From an uncultured Hyphomicrobiales bacterium (GTDB lineage Bacteria; Pseudomonadota; Alphaproteobacteria; Rhizobiales; Beijerinckiaceae), in assembly GCA_903897875.1 (NCBI GenBank), contig CAIUDK010000315.1, forward strand, positions 1 through 62,406: a stretch of DNA of 62,406 nucleotides, given 5' to 3'. The notes under the pieces were generated by a model, which saw only the letters and a list, made by a program, of their open reading frames with translations, ran no database searches and had not been told where the DNA came from. Each line of letters begins with the position of its first letter. Position 1 is the stretch's first letter. This document shows positions 1 through 8,823 of the stretch, piece after piece. Both the position numbers and the translations under genes were made by a program.

Positions 1-1
1 C

Positions 2-115
2 GCACCAATTATCTCTCTTGTTGATCGATTGATCCTACTTGAGCGTGGACGCATCATTGCTGATGGCCCTAAGGCCGAAGTTCTGAAAAGCCTGTCTGAG
101 CGCAGAGGGGCTTAG
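2..115 (+). CDS. C-terminal end of an ABC ATPase, probably a type I secretion permease/ATPase (partial, runs in from the left edge)
   Basis: Frame 2 reads APIISLVDRLILLERGRIIADGPKAEVLKSLSERRGA*. This is the typical post-H-loop tail of HlyB/LapB-like ATPases. Not in the ORF track. Confidence 0.7.
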   Translation, partial: APIISLVDRLILLERGRIIADGPKAEVLKSLSERRGA

Positions 116-124
116 AGCATCGTC

Positions 125-340
125 TCAATAATGCGGCGGTGGCGGCTCTGGCCCATCGCGCATGGGGCCAGCATGTTGCGCTTCATCACGCAGGCGGGCG
201 AGTTGGCGCTCTAACGCATCAATCTTGCGCCATTGTGATGTGATCACATCGCTCAATTCTGCAACCATCTTATCTTGATGGGCAACACGCATTTCCAACG
301 CATCTAGCCGCGCTGACGAGCCTGAATCAGAATGATCCAT
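125..340 (-). CDS. slyX: SlyX family protein
   Basis: 71 aa coiled coil with LEMRVAHQD and the diagnostic C-terminal EPPPPHY. Confidence 0.9.
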   Translation of the reverse strand: MDHSDSGSSARLDALEMRVAHQDKMVAELSDVITSQWRKIDALERQLARLRDEAQHAGPMRDGPEPPPPHY

Positions 341-428
341 ATCTTGTTCCTTTACTCGGCCCCAAGGCGGAGCCTCATCTGCGTGATGTCTAGCACGAGG
401 CGATCACACAATACCATTTTGTGATGCA

Positions 429-1601
429 TCACACTTGCGCGGTGGCCTGAGCCTCAAGCTTAGGCTTAAGTGCAAACCGCGCCATGATTGCACGGCGGCA
501 GGGCACTTCCAGATAAAGATAAGACAGGATTGAGCTGCCAATCACGATGACGAGATAGGCCGAAAAAAACACCAAGAAATGGTGGTCCATCAAATGGAGC
601 CATTTTTTATCAATCGCCTGACACCACAGCAGTACGGGAATGTGAATGAGATAAAGCGAATAGCTTGCCTCGCCCAACAACACACAAAATTTATGAGTCC
701 AGATGATAGATGTTGAGCGCGCCAGCCCAAACAAGATCAATCCTAGAAATGGTGCCAGAAATCCATTGCTCATAGCAGGCCAAGGCACAATGCCATCAAG
801 CCAGCCAAGCGCTGCGAAGATGCCAACAATACCAATGATGACAAAGCGTTTCTGCACTTGCAGAGCGAGCGGTTGAGCCTTGAGAAAGATTATTCCAATC
901 GCCATGCCAAACACAAATTCAGGCACACGCAAAATAGGGAGATAGGTGAAGAAGAGTGCGCTGGCCACAACGTCTTTGGTGGTCAGGCCCGAGAGATGCG
1001 TCAGCGAATTGGCGAGAGTTTCAGGCCCCAATTTCCAGACAATGAGCGCCAGAATTTGTGAGAGCACAAACGCCATTGCGGCCGCCAGCATGGCAAAGCG
1101 TAGCGAGCGATTTTCAATTTTTGGCATAAGGAATGGAAACAGAAGATAAAAGAACGCTTCAACAGACAGTGACCAAGACGGGCCATTCCACGCAACAGCA
1201 GCCTCAGGCACCCAAGCCTGTGTAAGGCTCAATTGTAAAACGCTCACCAGCAATCCGCGCTCAGCGCCTTGTGCAGGCGCATCCGACATGACGATCTCAT
1301 ACAGTGCCAGCGGCAAATAGATAAGAAAGGCGAGATAATAGGCGGGCAAAATACGCGCCGCGCGTGCCCACCAAAATTTATGACGCGTGTCTGATCCCGT
1401 CAGGCGACCTTGATAGGAATAGGTCAAAATAAAGCCCGACAGAACGAAGAAAAAACTCACACCAATTGAGCCATGCTCGACAATCGCCACAAGCAGTTTC
1501 GGCCAGCCATCCATACGTCCCGGTGCTGCTGTCAGTCCGTGAAACAGAACAACGAGAAGTGCGAATAAAAATCGAATGCTGGTGAGTGGATAGAGATGCA
1601 T
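429..1601 (-). CDS. Acyltransferase-3 (OafA-like) membrane O-acyltransferase
   Basis: LTSIRFLFALLVVLFH, GVSFFFVLSGF, RAARILPAY, WSLSVEAFFY and GEASYSLYLIH motifs. An alternative TTG start lies at 1637. Confidence 0.88.
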   Translation of the reverse strand: MHLYPLTSIRFLFALLVVLFHGLTAAPGRMDGWPKLLVAIVEHGSIGVSFFFVLSGFILTYSYQGRLTGSDTRHKFWWARAARILPAYYLAFLIYLPLALYEIVMSDAPAQGAERGLLVSVLQLSLTQAWVPEAAVAWNGPSWSLSVEAFFYLLFPFLMPKIENRSLRFAMLAAAMAFVLSQILALIVWKLGPETLANSLTHLSGLTTKDVVASALFFTYLPILRVPEFVFGMAIGIIFLKAQPLALQVQKRFVIIGIVGIFAALGWLDGIVPWPAMSNGFLAPFLGLILFGLARSTSIIWTHKFCVLLGEASYSLYLIHIPVLLWCQAIDKKWLHLMDHHFLVFFSAYLVIVIGSSILSYLYLEVPCRRAIMARFALKPKLEAQATAQV

Positions 1602-1759
1602 GAAGCTCTTCTGAATCGATTTTGACGACAGGACCAAGGTGCGAAAGTCCTCGCAGCCTTACATGGACGCAGGGCCCACTCCGCTGTCTTTAGTCAAAAG
1701 CGATGAAAAACGCCAGTCATTGATCCTGTGTGGGCTCGATCACTGGCGCCTGTGTGTCG

Positions 1760-3019
1760 TTAGAGCGGCTCGTCTTTGGACTCGTGAATGAAGAGAACGC
1801 CCAAAGCGGTCAATGCGGCGGCCCCTGCTAGATAATATCCAACAAAGGGCAGACCATAGTTTTGCGCGAGCCAAGAGGCGATATAGGGCGCAAAGGATGC
1901 ACCCAAGATTCCTGCCAAATTGAACGCCAAGGAACTGCCTGTGTAGCGCACCGATGTCGGAAATTGCTCGGACAGAATCGTGCCCAGAGGGCCATAGGTG
2001 AGCCCCATCAAAAACAATCCGATATAGACAGCGGCTTGAACACCAACAATGCCTGACGACATCATGGGGGCCATGAAAAGACCAGACACACCAATGCCAA
2101 TTGATGTGCCAAGCATGGTCATGCGTCGTCCGTGTCGCGCGAGAATGGCGCTGAGCGGAATGCCACCTGCAAAAAACAAAATGCCCACAAGTTGAATGAT
2201 GAGGAAGGTGTTGCGGCTATAGCCCAACGCCGTTGTGCCCCAAGACAGTGCAAACACCGTCATCAGATAAAACAACACAAAGGTCGCGATGGATGAAACA
2301 ATGCCTATGACCAGCGCACGACCATGCTCGGAAAGCACAGCAAAAAATGGCATTTTAACAGGTGCGCGGCGCTCAAGCGCTTCTTTGAAGACAGGCGTCT
2401 CATGAATGGCAAGGCGCACATAAATACCAACGATGACCAAGATGGCGCTGGCAAGAAACGGAATGCGCCAGCCAAAGACAAAAAATTGCTCATCTGTCAG
2501 CCATGACGACAATAGCAAGAACACACCGCTGGAGAGAAAGAAACCAATCGGCGCACCCAATTGTGGGAACATGCCATACCAGCTGCGCTTCTCAATCGGC
2601 GCATTCTCAACAGCGAGCAACACTGCGCCACCCCATTCGCCACCAAGCCCCAGACCCTGTCCACAGCGGCAGAGCGCCAAAAGTGCAGGTGCTGCGAGGC
2701 CAATGCTGCTGTAGGTCGGCAAAAGGCCGATCATGATTGTTGAAATACCCATTGTGAGGAGAGCGGCAACCAATGTGGCTTTGCGCCCAATGCGATCACC
2801 GAAATGTCCAAAAATGGCAGAGCCCACAGGGCGCGCGATAAAGGCAATCGCGAATGTGGCGAGCGACGCCAGAATGGCCGAGGCTGGATCGGTGGAGGGA
2901 AAGAACAGGCGCGGAAACACCAGAACGGCAGCCGTCGCATAAATGTAGAAATCGAAAAATTCAATCGTGGTCCCGATCAAACTTGCGAATAAAACAACGG
3001 CGGGACGATTCTGACGCAT
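1760..3019 (-). CDS. MFS metabolite:H+ symporter (MHS, ShiA/ProP-like)
   Basis: GTTIEFFDFYIY, FGHFGDRIGRK and GLGLGGEWGGA motifs. ATG 3019 is preferred because the 3103 start lies inside a terminator hairpin. Confidence 0.9.
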   Translation of the reverse strand: MRQNRPAVVLFASLIGTTIEFFDFYIYATAAVLVFPRLFFPSTDPASAILASLATFAIAFIARPVGSAIFGHFGDRIGRKATLVAALLTMGISTIMIGLLPTYSSIGLAAPALLALCRCGQGLGLGGEWGGAVLLAVENAPIEKRSWYGMFPQLGAPIGFFLSSGVFLLLSSWLTDEQFFVFGWRIPFLASAILVIVGIYVRLAIHETPVFKEALERRAPVKMPFFAVLSEHGRALVIGIVSSIATFVLFYLMTVFALSWGTTALGYSRNTFLIIQLVGILFFAGGIPLSAILARHGRRMTMLGTSIGIGVSGLFMAPMMSSGIVGVQAAVYIGLFLMGLTYGPLGTILSEQFPTSVRYTGSSLAFNLAGILGASFAPYIASWLAQNYGLPFVGYYLAGAAALTALGVLFIHESKDEPL

Positions 3020-3079
3020 GAGGTGCTCCGATGAAAAACTCTGCCACTCATTCCGTCGCGGCAATTGAGATCGTGTATT

Positions 3080-3126
3080 TATATAATAATGAGGTTCGCT
3101 CAAGACTCATTTTTGAGCGAACCTCA
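3080..3126 (-). terminator. Rho-independent terminator after the PQQ dehydrogenase
   Basis: Perfect 14-bp inverted repeat TGAGGTTCGCTCAA/TTGAGCGAACCTCA (3090-3126), followed by an AT-rich run on the minus strand. Confidence 0.7.
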
Positions 3127-3139
3127 CTTGCGGTCTTGT

Positions 3140-4909
3140 CTATTTCTGTCCGGGGAGCGTGAAGACATAAATTGCATTATGCCCGCGCACTGTTTTGATG
3201 GTTTTAGCCATGCCAAGCGGCCCACCAGAGCCAGATTGTCCATCGCCAGTCATCACCGCAATATATTGTTTTCCGTTGACGGCATAGGAGATGGTGCTGG
3301 TTTCAATCATGCCTCCCAGCGGCACCTCCCACAATACTTTTCCGCTGTCTGCATCGAAGGCGTGGAAGCGACGATTCATATCACCCCAAAAAAGAAGGTC
3401 GCCACCTGTGACAAGTGCTGAGCCATTTCCGGGCGCTGCTTGTGAATGAATGCGCTTGATCTCGCCAGTTGATAGATCAACCTTTGACATGCCCATAAAC
3501 GCATTTGGGTCGATGCCGGGCCGCATAATTCCGTTGCGTTTGCTAAAGCCGATGCCATTTTCGGTGAGAGCCGTGCCCTCCATACATGCGTCATTGTAAG
3601 GGATGTAGAGCGCGTTCTTGCCCGGATGATAAGCGGTCGACCAATAGCTGCGAATATTGAAGAAGCAGGTCAGCGTCTTGTCGCCATCCTTTTTAAACAC
3701 AGCGTCGTAATTGATTGTGGTTCGACCTGTTGTTAGCTCGATATCGGAGATCTGAAAGTTTGGCACATCCAGAGGCCAAGGCGTTGCCCATAGAAATTGT
3801 CCCGAATGTTGATCAAGAGCCCAGATACCGCCGCCTTCTGAAACAGAGACCACAACATCGCGCATCTCACCAAACTTCACATTTGGATTGATCCACTTTA
3901 CGAATTTAGGATTGGGCTTCACGCTCGTGCGAATGAGTGTGCGCTCATGAATGTGATCTGTGTCCCAATCATCCCCCGGTAAATGCTGATAATACCAACG
4001 CAATTTTCCTGTCTCAATATTGAGAGATACAGTTGAATTGCTGTATAGATCAGAGGGCGCTGTTTTGCCTGTGCCGTCAGACGTCCCGTGTCGCTTGAGG
4101 CGTGTGTAGGGCTTTGGGTTTGAGATGGCCCAAAACAATGCTTTGCGTTCAGGATCATAAGAGCCCGGCAATCCCCAAGAGCTTGCAATGCGCTGTTCGG
4201 TTTTTACATTGCCCCAAGTCTCGCCATTGGGCTCACCCTCAGCAGGTGTATTGTAAAACTTCCAAAGCTCTTTTCCGGTCGTTGCATCGAGTGCTGAGAT
4301 GAAACAGCCTGCTCGTGTCTCGCATGTGCGGTTTGAAATAACTTTGCCATCCGCAATGATAAGTCCGCCCGTGTGTTGCGATTTATCACGGAAGTCCTGA
4401 ACTTTTGTCTCCCAACGCAGCTTGCCAGTCTTGGCGTCTAGGGCGACGACAAAGCCATCAGGTGCAGTGAAATAAATCATGTCTTGGAAAATCGCCAAGC
4501 TCTTGGAGCGAGACAAAGTGGGGGCGCCAATGGCGTCAGTCATTTCTTTTGGATAGGTGCGGAAATATTCCCAGATCAAATCGCCATTGGTCGCATCCAT
4601 GGCCTGAATGCTGGCACCGGGTGCAATTAGATAGATGACACCGTTATAAACGATAGGCGTTGATTCATTGGTTCCTTGTGGGAGCCCACGCGTAAACGCC
4701 AATTGAAGCTTGTTGGCATTCGATTTGTTGATCTGTTTAAGGGGACTGAATCTTTGCTCATCATAGGTGCGATTGATCATTAGCCAATCGGCTGGGTTGG
4801 GCTTGGCAAGCATCTGTGAGGTGACGGGCTGATAGTCAGCAGCGCTCAGTGGTCCAGTCGCGACGCTCGATAATAGGCATACGGCTAGTGACCTATAAAA
4901 TTGGTTCAT
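3140..4909 (-). CDS. Periplasmic PQQ-dependent dehydrogenase (beta-propeller quinoprotein)
   Basis: Signal peptide, WLMINRTYDEQRFSPLKQIN, repeated ALDAxTGKxxW docking motifs, QHLPGDDWDTD and SYAVNGKQYIAV. Confidence 0.88.
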   Translation of the reverse strand: MNQFYRSLAVCLLSSVATGPLSAADYQPVTSQMLAKPNPADWLMINRTYDEQRFSPLKQINKSNANKLQLAFTRGLPQGTNESTPIVYNGVIYLIAPGASIQAMDATNGDLIWEYFRTYPKEMTDAIGAPTLSRSKSLAIFQDMIYFTAPDGFVVALDAKTGKLRWETKVQDFRDKSQHTGGLIIADGKVISNRTCETRAGCFISALDATTGKELWKFYNTPAEGEPNGETWGNVKTEQRIASSWGLPGSYDPERKALFWAISNPKPYTRLKRHGTSDGTGKTAPSDLYSNSTVSLNIETGKLRWYYQHLPGDDWDTDHIHERTLIRTSVKPNPKFVKWINPNVKFGEMRDVVVSVSEGGGIWALDQHSGQFLWATPWPLDVPNFQISDIELTTGRTTINYDAVFKKDGDKTLTCFFNIRSYWSTAYHPGKNALYIPYNDACMEGTALTENGIGFSKRNGIMRPGIDPNAFMGMSKVDLSTGEIKRIHSQAAPGNGSALVTGGDLLFWGDMNRRFHAFDADSGKVLWEVPLGGMIETSTISYAVNGKQYIAVMTGDGQSGSGGPLGMAKTIKTVRGHNAIYVFTLPGQK

Positions 4910-5017
4910 GATCGTCCTCCCCCAATAGGCTTGCCTCAGTTGGCTTCTTAAAAAGCTCTAAAAATAATGTTATACAGATCGTGCGCCGACACAAGAGAGG
5001 CGTCGGGAGGTCAATTG

Positions 5018-5320
5018 ATGAGGCAATTTTTTTGCAGTTGCGTTGGTGCGGTCGTTTTGTGTTTGACGCTGATGCCAGCACAGGCCGGCAGCTCGCAAGC
5101 AGGGCAAGTGGTTTACGATGAGAATTGCGCTATCTGCCATGGAGAAGGGCTGCGCAATCCCGGATCATCTTTTGATTTGGTGTTGCTCAAACCAAACGAG
5201 CACGGGCGTTTTGTGAGCTCAGTGCAGAGCGGCAAAGGCCAGATGCCACCATGGAAGGGCATTCTATCTGACAGCGAAATCGATGATGTTTGGGCCTATA
5301 TTCGCGCAAATGCAGATTAG
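5018..5320 (+). CDS. Monoheme class I cytochrome c (c6/c553-like)
   Basis: Signal peptide, CAICH heme motif, GQMPPW axial Met. GGGAGG RBS before ATG 5018. Confidence 0.88.
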   Translation: MRQFFCSCVGAVVLCLTLMPAQAGSSQAGQVVYDENCAICHGEGLRNPGSSFDLVLLKPNEHGRFVSSVQSGKGQMPPWKGILSDSEIDDVWAYIRANAD

Positions 5321-5449
5321 TGCGAGCGAGATAGATCCCATTGCTCCTGACGCTTTGCCAATCGGCTTGTCAGCCCAGCCAATCTGATCCAAACTCCAAA
5401 CTAGCATCACGCAGATAAATCAAAAATGGCGTGAGTTTGGGAGGATGAT

Positions 5450-6496
5450 ATGGGCGCTCGTTTGATCGGGACGTTGACGTGCCTTTACATGGCCGTAACG
5501 AATTTCGCATGTGCGAACGTATGGGCTGCCGAACCTGTTCGCGTCACCGTCGGCATGACCAACTCTGCAACCGACGTGGGCTTCTTTATTGCGGATAAGC
5601 GTGGCTATTTTCGTGACGAAGGCATTGCGGCCGAATTCATAACCTTTGATTCCGCTGCGCGCATGATTGCTCTGTTTGGTTCAAATGAGCTTGATGTTGG
5701 CGCAGGTGGTATGTCTGCGGGGCTCTACAATGCGATTGCACGCGGTATTGATATCAGGATTGTAGCTGATAAAAATTCGACACCGCCGGGTCGCGCCAGT
5801 CAAAAGCTTCTCATCCGCAAGGATCTGGTGGAAAGTGGACGGTATAAAACATTGAGCGACCTAAAAGGTTTGAAGGTCGCAACGTCCGCGCCGGGCTCTG
5901 CTGCCATGGGGTCCATTCACAAAATCCTGATTGCCGCAAAACTGCGCGCTGAGGATATTGATGAAACCTATATGTCCTTTTCACAAATGGTGGTTGCGCT
6001 CCAAAATCACGCTGTGGATGCGGCTTTTCCAGCTGAGCCACAAGCAAGCCAAGCGATAAAAGCTGGCGCTGTGCGAGCAATCAGTGATGATGAAGTCTAT
6101 CCCAATCATCAAATCTCGGGCGTGTTGTTTGCTGGCAATTTCATCAAGAAAAACCCTGATCTCGCACGGCGCTTTTTGAAAGCCTATATTAGGGGTGTGC
6201 GCGATCACAATGACTCGCTCGTGGATGGACAATTCTCTGGCCCCAAGGGCGACGCTATTGTCTCTATCCTGACCGAATATAGCCTTGTGAAAGATCCAGC
6301 CGTGCACCGTTCCTTTGTGCTCAGCGCAATCAACCCTGATGGCAAGGTCGATGTCGCAAGCCTCAAAGAAGATCTTGAAATCTTTCGACAGGCAGGTTTG
6401 ATTCAAGGCCAAGTGCAGATTGAACAAGCTCTTGATCTGAGTTTTCTTGATGCTGTTATCAAAGACCTTGGCCCCTATCACAGAGCAGCGCCATGA
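5450..6496 (+). CDS. ABC substrate-binding protein, NMT1/THI5/SsuA-like
   Basis: Signal peptide, FFIADKRGYFRDEGI, DLKGLKVA and VDAAFPAEP. Confidence 0.85.
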   Translation: MGARLIGTLTCLYMAVTNFACANVWAAEPVRVTVGMTNSATDVGFFIADKRGYFRDEGIAAEFITFDSAARMIALFGSNELDVGAGGMSAGLYNAIARGIDIRIVADKNSTPPGRASQKLLIRKDLVESGRYKTLSDLKGLKVATSAPGSAAMGSIHKILIAAKLRAEDIDETYMSFSQMVVALQNHAVDAAFPAEPQASQAIKAGAVRAISDDEVYPNHQISGVLFAGNFIKKNPDLARRFLKAYIRGVRDHNDSLVDGQFSGPKGDAIVSILTEYSLVKDPAVHRSFVLSAINPDGKVDVASLKEDLEIFRQAGLIQGQVQIEQALDLSFLDAVIKDLGPYHRAAP

Positions 6497-7533
6497 ACGC
6501 CTCTTCGCAATCGCGTCAAACATTTCTCCTTTGCGCATTGGCGTTTCTTGTGATGCAAGCCAATGGCGCGAAGGCAGATGAATTTTATGCAGGCAAAACT
6601 CTCACCATGTCGACTCATACGGGGCCGGGTGGTGGCTATGATACGTTGTTGCGTCTTGTTGCGCGCCACATCGGGCGACATCTTCCCGGTCGCCCAAATA
6701 TCATCGTCGTCAATATGCCGGGTGCTGGCGGCTTAACTGCATTCAATCATGTCGCCCGCATTGCGCCCCACGACGGGACATTTATTTCGTTGATTGGCCA
6801 AGGGCTCCTTGTCTTTGAACCAACAGGCCAGCCCGGCATGCAGGCGTCACTGGCGTCGCTGCGTTGGATTGGCAATGTGAGCCAATCTCCCAATGTCACG
6901 GCTGTTTGGTCGACCGCACATGCAAAGACAATTGCAGATGCGCGCGTGAATCAAATCGTGATTGGGTCAACGGGTGCAGGCTCGCCTGACGCACAAATTC
7001 CCTCGGTCTATAATGCGCTGTTGGGAACACGCTTCAAGCTTGTTTATGGCTATGAAGGCGGCGGTGCTTTGAATTTGGCAATGGAGCGCGGTGAGATTGA
7101 AGGGCGCGGCACCAATACATGGCCGAGCTATAAAGCGACATTGCCAAATGCAGTGCGGGATAAAAAGCTCATTCCCTTAATTCAGATCGGACTGAAAAAA
7201 GATCCAGACTTGGCAGATGTTCCGCTGTTTCTTGATCTCGTGAAGGGCGATCCCGTCAAAGAACCCGTGGCGCGTTTCTTGTCATTGACCACGGCCATTA
7301 GCCGCCCGTTTGCAGCACCGCCCGGCGTGTCTGATGAGCGATTGGCCCAATTGCGTCAGGCCTTCGATGAAACAATGCGTGATGCTGAATTCTTAAGCGA
7401 TGCGGAACGCCAAAATATTGATGTTGACGCAATGTCGGGCGTCGCGGTGAAAGATAGCATTCGTCAAATTCTGGCAACGCCCAGTGACGTGATCGCGCGA
7501 ACTCAATTGGCCTTGCAAGGCAAGTCACAATGA
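6493..7533 (+). CDS. Bug/TctC family tripartite tricarboxylate transporter substrate-binding protein (copy 1)
   Basis: PGGGYD, NMPGAGG and GYEGGGALNLAMERGE. ATGA overlap with the upstream gene. Confidence 0.88.
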   Translation: MNASSQSRQTFLLCALAFLVMQANGAKADEFYAGKTLTMSTHTGPGGGYDTLLRLVARHIGRHLPGRPNIIVVNMPGAGGLTAFNHVARIAPHDGTFISLIGQGLLVFEPTGQPGMQASLASLRWIGNVSQSPNVTAVWSTAHAKTIADARVNQIVIGSTGAGSPDAQIPSVYNALLGTRFKLVYGYEGGGALNLAMERGEIEGRGTNTWPSYKATLPNAVRDKKLIPLIQIGLKKDPDLADVPLFLDLVKGDPVKEPVARFLSLTTAISRPFAAPPGVSDERLAQLRQAFDETMRDAEFLSDAERQNIDVDAMSGVAVKDSIRQILATPSDVIARTQLALQGKSQ

Positions 7534-7604
7534 AAGTGACAATTAAAGTCGCGTGATGTGATGCGAGGGAAGGCGCAGCAAAGCGCCAACCCATTCGCAA
7601 TTGA

Positions 7605-8732
7605 TTAGATTGAGCGCACACCCATTTTCTTCAGGCGTGGCAGAACTTCATCGCGGAACAGCGGGAACTCATCAGCATAATTGACCATGGATATGCCGAT
7701 GCCGCGCAGACCCGCCGTGCTCAGATCAGCAAACATTTTTGCGACATGATCCGGATCGCCAATAATAGGTAATCCACCCATGCCGTTTGCATATTGCTTA
7801 CGCTTGAGCTCGTATTCCTCCTGGCCGACAGTCTCGGGTGAGATTTTCTTAAGCGCCAAAATATCACGCACAGCATTCCAGTCTGCGCCATCAATGATCG
7901 AATGGCGATAATAATCCTGCGCCTCTTTCATAGTTGGGCGGCAGGTCACCACGCCGATTGTATAGACATCAATATCGCGGCCATATTCGCGCGCCTGCGT
8001 TTTGATCGACTGCACCTTCTCGGCCGTTTCTTCAAGCGATACACGCGATGCGGTGGTAAAGAAGGCATCGCAATTGCGTAGGGCAAAGCTACGTCCAGCA
8101 GCCGACGAGCCAGCATTCATCATCAACGGGCGTATGCCACCCATGGGTTTGGGCTTTGAGCGGATGCCTTTTAGATTGAAAAACTTGCCGTCATAATTGA
8201 AATCGTTTTCTGGCGACATGCATTGCTTGACGACTTCAATCCATTCTCGCGCATATTCGTAACGGTTTTCATGATCGCGTTGTTCAACGCCAAACATTTC
8301 GAACTCGTCTTCGTTCCAGCCGCACACAACATTCAATCCAAAGCGACCATCGCCAATATGATCGGCGGTCACAAATTCCTTGGCGGCAATGACGGGGTTG
8401 AAGAGGGGCGCGTGAACGGTGCCAAACACAGTGATGCGCTGAGTTGCAGCCAACAGACCGCTGGCCCATGTCATCGTCTCCAAAGTGGCGCCTTGGTAAT
8501 CCGTGTCGCCGCCATAGCCTTTCCAGCGTCCGATCGGCAACATGAAGTCGATACCAGCCTCATCGGCCATTTTGGCAAGGCGCAGGCTGTCTTTCCAACT
8601 CCCCGACCAGCGCTCAGGCACAGTGGTCACGGCACGGCCAGATGAGCAATTGGCTCCAAAAAGCCCGATCTTCAGGGCGTTATCGTTATACATCGTATTG
8701 CGATTTTGCCTGGATGGCTCACGATCAACCAT
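7605..8732 (-). CDS. LLM-class (luciferase-like) flavin-dependent monooxygenase, RutA-like branch
   Basis: ADEAGIDF, WKGYGG, DHIGDGRFGLNVVCGWN, NAGSSAAGRSFA and FRDEVLPRL. Confidence 0.88.
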   Translation of the reverse strand: MVDREPSRQNRNTMYNDNALKIGLFGANCSSGRAVTTVPERWSGSWKDSLRLAKMADEAGIDFMLPIGRWKGYGGDTDYQGATLETMTWASGLLAATQRITVFGTVHAPLFNPVIAAKEFVTADHIGDGRFGLNVVCGWNEDEFEMFGVEQRDHENRYEYAREWIEVVKQCMSPENDFNYDGKFFNLKGIRSKPKPMGGIRPLMMNAGSSAAGRSFALRNCDAFFTTASRVSLEETAEKVQSIKTQAREYGRDIDVYTIGVVTCRPTMKEAQDYYRHSIIDGADWNAVRDILALKKISPETVGQEEYELKRKQYANGMGGLPIIGDPDHVAKMFADLSTAGLRGIGISMVNYADEFPLFRDEVLPRLKKMGVRSI

Positions 8733-8778
8733 GTCTCTCTCCCGTGCCGTCGCCTCTGTGGGCTCTTGTTATTTCTGG

Positions 8779-8801
8779 AAAATGAAATAGCGTTTCATTT
8801 T
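8779..8801. promoter_or_regulatory. Putative operator palindrome between the monooxygenase and IclR genes
   Basis: Perfect AAAATGAAA-N5-TTTCATTTT in a 91-bp divergent spacer. Confidence 0.5.
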
Positions 8802-8823
8802 ATAAATCGAAGCTAACGATTGG

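Noticed and set aside
3140-4909. Calling the PQQ protein XoxF/MxaF methanol dehydrogenase
   Set aside because: It lacks the vicinal disulfide and typical active-site context, and there are no xoxJ/mxa genes.
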